From an uncultured Gemmatimonadota bacterium (GTDB taxonomy: Bacteria; GCA-2686955): a stretch of DNA of 64,000 bases. A program made the position numbers and the translations under genes. Below, piece after piece: positions 61,910 to 64,000 of the stretch. The stretch lies in contig CAZBBK010000027.1 in NCBI GenBank assembly GCA_964490075.1, forward strand, positions 1-64,000, read 5' to 3'. The first letter of the stretch is position 1, and each line of letters begins with the position of its first letter. Below the pieces are notes generated by a model that saw only the letters and a list, made by a program, of their open reading frames with translations, was not told where the DNA came from and searched no databases.

Positions 61910-63553
61910 CTACTCCCCCTTCCGCACCACCACGATGCGCCGCGCCACCAGATCGCGGCGCTCCTCGCGCGTGCCGTCGGGCCATACGATGATGAGCCGG
62001 TCGACGCGCTCGACTCCCGGGCCCAGGCCGAAGTGCAGGCGCGGGTCGTCCTGGCCGAGGAAGGTGGTGGGGCAGCGGGCCTCCGCGACCTGGCGGCGGC
62101 CGCCGGCTTCGACGATGACGCGGGCGCCGAACGCGTCGCGATTCCGGCGTCCGACCAGGTCGAGGGTGATCCAGCCGGGGTTGCCGGGGGAATCGTTGCG
62201 CAGCAGCACCGGGGTGTCGTGCAGGGTGGTGATGAAGAGGTCCTGGTCGCCGTCGTTGTCGTAGTCGCCGGCGACCGAGCAACGGCCGGTGCGAGAGGTG
62301 GTGAAGTAGGGGCCGGCGCGGGGGGCGGCGTTGGTGAATACACCTTTTCCGGAGTTGAGGGCGAGCAGGTCGGGCTGCGGAAGGGGGCTGGTGAGCCCGC
62401 CGGTGACGGTGAAGATGTCGAGGTCGCCGTCGCGGTCGACGTCGAGCAGATTGTGGCTCCAGCCTACGCAGTCGCGCGTCAGCTCGATCATGCCGCTTTC
62501 GCCGGCGCGGTCGCGGTAGCGGCCCGGGGCGACACGGGTGAAGATCGATGCGGCCTGGTCGTCGGAAACGCTGACGTCGAGATGGCCGTCGCCGTCGAGA
62601 TCGCCGAAGCCGATCGCCATGGCGGCGGAGGCGCGGCCGCCGGCGCCCAGAGCCAGGCCGACGCGCCGCCCCGCCTCGACGAAGCGACCGGCACCGTCGT
62701 TGAGGAAGACGAAGCTGGGGGTGGCATCGTTGAGCACGTAGAGATCGGGATCGGTGTCGGAGTCGAGATCGGCGGCGGTGACGCTCATGGCGCGGCCGGC
62801 GAAGGCGCCGATGCCGGAGGGCCCGGTCACATCTTCGAAGCTGCCGTCGCCGCGATTGCGATAGAGGCGGTCGCGCTGGGCCGGCCAGGCCAGGGGACCC
62901 GGATAGGCGCCGGCGCGGAACTGAGCCGGGCGCCGGGGATCGAACTCGACGTAGTTGGCGACGTAGAGGTCGAGGTCGTGGTCGGCGTCGATGTCGAGGA
63001 ACACGGCGCCGACGCCGCAGCCGGGGTCGGCGACGCCGGCGGTGCTGCTGATGTCGCGCAGGACGCCCTCGCCGGTGTTCTCGAAGAGGCGGTTGGGGCC
63101 GTCGTCGACCAGGTAGAGGTCGCGGTCGCCGTCGCCGTCGATGTCGGCCGCCGCCCAGGCCACGCCGCTGCCCCGGGGCGGCAGACCCCAGCGCGCGGTG
63201 GCGTCTTCGAAGCGGCCCTGGCCCAGGCTGCGGAAGGCGCGCAGGCCGCCGTGACGGGAGGGATCGGCGCCGGGATCGGGGGAGCGGGGGCCGGCGGCAA
63301 AGAGCAGGTCGAGCCAGCCGTCGCCGTCCAGGTCGACGAAGGCGGCGCCGCCGCCGTTGCTGTCGACGATGTTGGTGAGACCGGCCGGCGGCAGGCGGTG
63401 GTGGGCGACGATGCCGGCGGCGGCGGTGACGTCGGTGAAGAGAATCTCGGGCTCGGGCGGAACGACCTCGCAACCGATCGCGAGCGGCAGCAGTGCGGCC
63501 AGCAGTGCGGCGCGGCGCGGTGGGCCGACCGGGGATGGGGTGTCGGAGTCCAT
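61910..63553 (-). CDS. CRTAC1/ASPIC-UnbV FG-GAP repeat lipoprotein
   Basis: Lipobox AIGC; repeated DxDGDGxxDL; NRDAFGARV..LHFGLG..WPDG. Confidence 0.9.
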   Translation of the reverse strand: MDSDTPSPVGPPRRAALLAALLPLAIGCEVVPPEPEILFTDVTAAAGIVAHHRLPPAGLTNIVDSNGGGAAFVDLDGDGWLDLLFAAGPRSPDPGADPSRHGGLRAFRSLGQGRFEDATARWGLPPRGSGVAWAAADIDGDGDRDLYLVDDGPNRLFENTGEGVLRDISSTAGVADPGCGVGAVFLDIDADHDLDLYVANYVEFDPRRPAQFRAGAYPGPLAWPAQRDRLYRNRGDGSFEDVTGPSGIGAFAGRAMSVTAADLDSDTDPDLYVLNDATPSFVFLNDGAGRFVEAGRRVGLALGAGGRASAAMAIGFGDLDGDGHLDVSVSDDQAASIFTRVAPGRYRDRAGESGMIELTRDCVGWSHNLLDVDRDGDLDIFTVTGGLTSPLPQPDLLALNSGKGVFTNAAPRAGPYFTTSRTGRCSVAGDYDNDGDQDLFITTLHDTPVLLRNDSPGNPGWITLDLVGRRNRDAFGARVIVEAGGRRQVAEARCPTTFLGQDDPRLHFGLGPGVERVDRLIIVWPDGTREERRDLVARRIVVVRKGE

Positions 63554-63713
63554 GGCGAAGCCATGATAGCTGGATCGGGAGCTCCCGGATGGCCGACCGA
63601 GAGGATGTGTTCCGGTCGAATCGCATCGTCCGATTGGGTCTAGAAGAGCGGTTATCCTTGCTGCGAAGCGAACGATCGACGGGCCCGCCGCCCGCCGGTC
63701 CCCCCCCGAACCC

Positions 63714-64000
63714 ATGGGAGGCCCCATCGATGCCCGGGGTAGCATCTTGACCCTCTTGCGAGCGCTGATTCTCACCCTGGCGGCCGCTCTCGGCGCGGCC
63801 GGCGCACCGGCCGGCGGCGACCGGATCACGCCCGAGCTGCGCGCGCGGATGGCGCGAGGCGGCGACGCGCCGATCCCGATCTCGATCCGCATGGCCGAGC
63901 AGTTCGACGCCTCCGCCTTCCTCGAGACCTGGCGCGAGCGTCCCAAGCAGGAGCGGCGCCGAGCGCTGATCGAAGAGGCGTCGGCCTTCGCGGCGGCCCA
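63714..64000 (+). CDS. Partial secreted protein, possibly a peptidase propeptide (runs off window)
   Basis: Open frame from ATG 63714 or TTG 63747: signal peptide LLRALILTLAAALG, then ITPELRA..ISIRMAEQFD. Confidence 0.55.
   Translation, partial: MGGPIDARGSILTLLRALILTLAAALGAAGAPAGGDRITPELRARMARGGDAPIPISIRMAEQFDASAFLETWRERPKQERRRALIEEASAFAAA

Overview
High-GC bacterial genomic window (standard code; taxon not determinable from the sequence alone) with no rRNA, tRNA, CRISPR array or transposase. It has three components. (1) Intact metabolic and housekeeping genes: a three-gene acyl-CoA carboxylase, a saccharopine dehydrogenase/LKR-like enzyme, fbp, UvrD/PcrA, HU-like, Trm112-like, an ECF sigma module, a LuxE-LuxC pair and three B12-binding radical SAM enzymes. 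(2) An expanded, largely decaying set of secreted-protein genes: seven loci of one Cys-rich right-handed beta-helix family, plus LVIVD-, GH50-like and M36/M4-like remnants. (3) Small toxin-antitoxin-type cassettes with apparently leaderless promoters, and three kinds of MITE-like palindromic elements, often at gene breakpoints. The best candidate for an undescribed system is a translationally coupled operon at 16727-24312: acyl-CoA dehydrogenase, B12-radical SAM, homocitrate/isopropylmalate-synthase-like enzyme, LeuC, LeuD and a TrxB-fold flavoprotein with a PqqD/RRE-like tail, with no LeuB-type dehydrogenase. Also notable: both two-module beta-helix genes are interrupted near their module junction, one by an in-frame TGA and one by a 1-nt frameshift. 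All family calls come from motif recognition by eye, not database searches.
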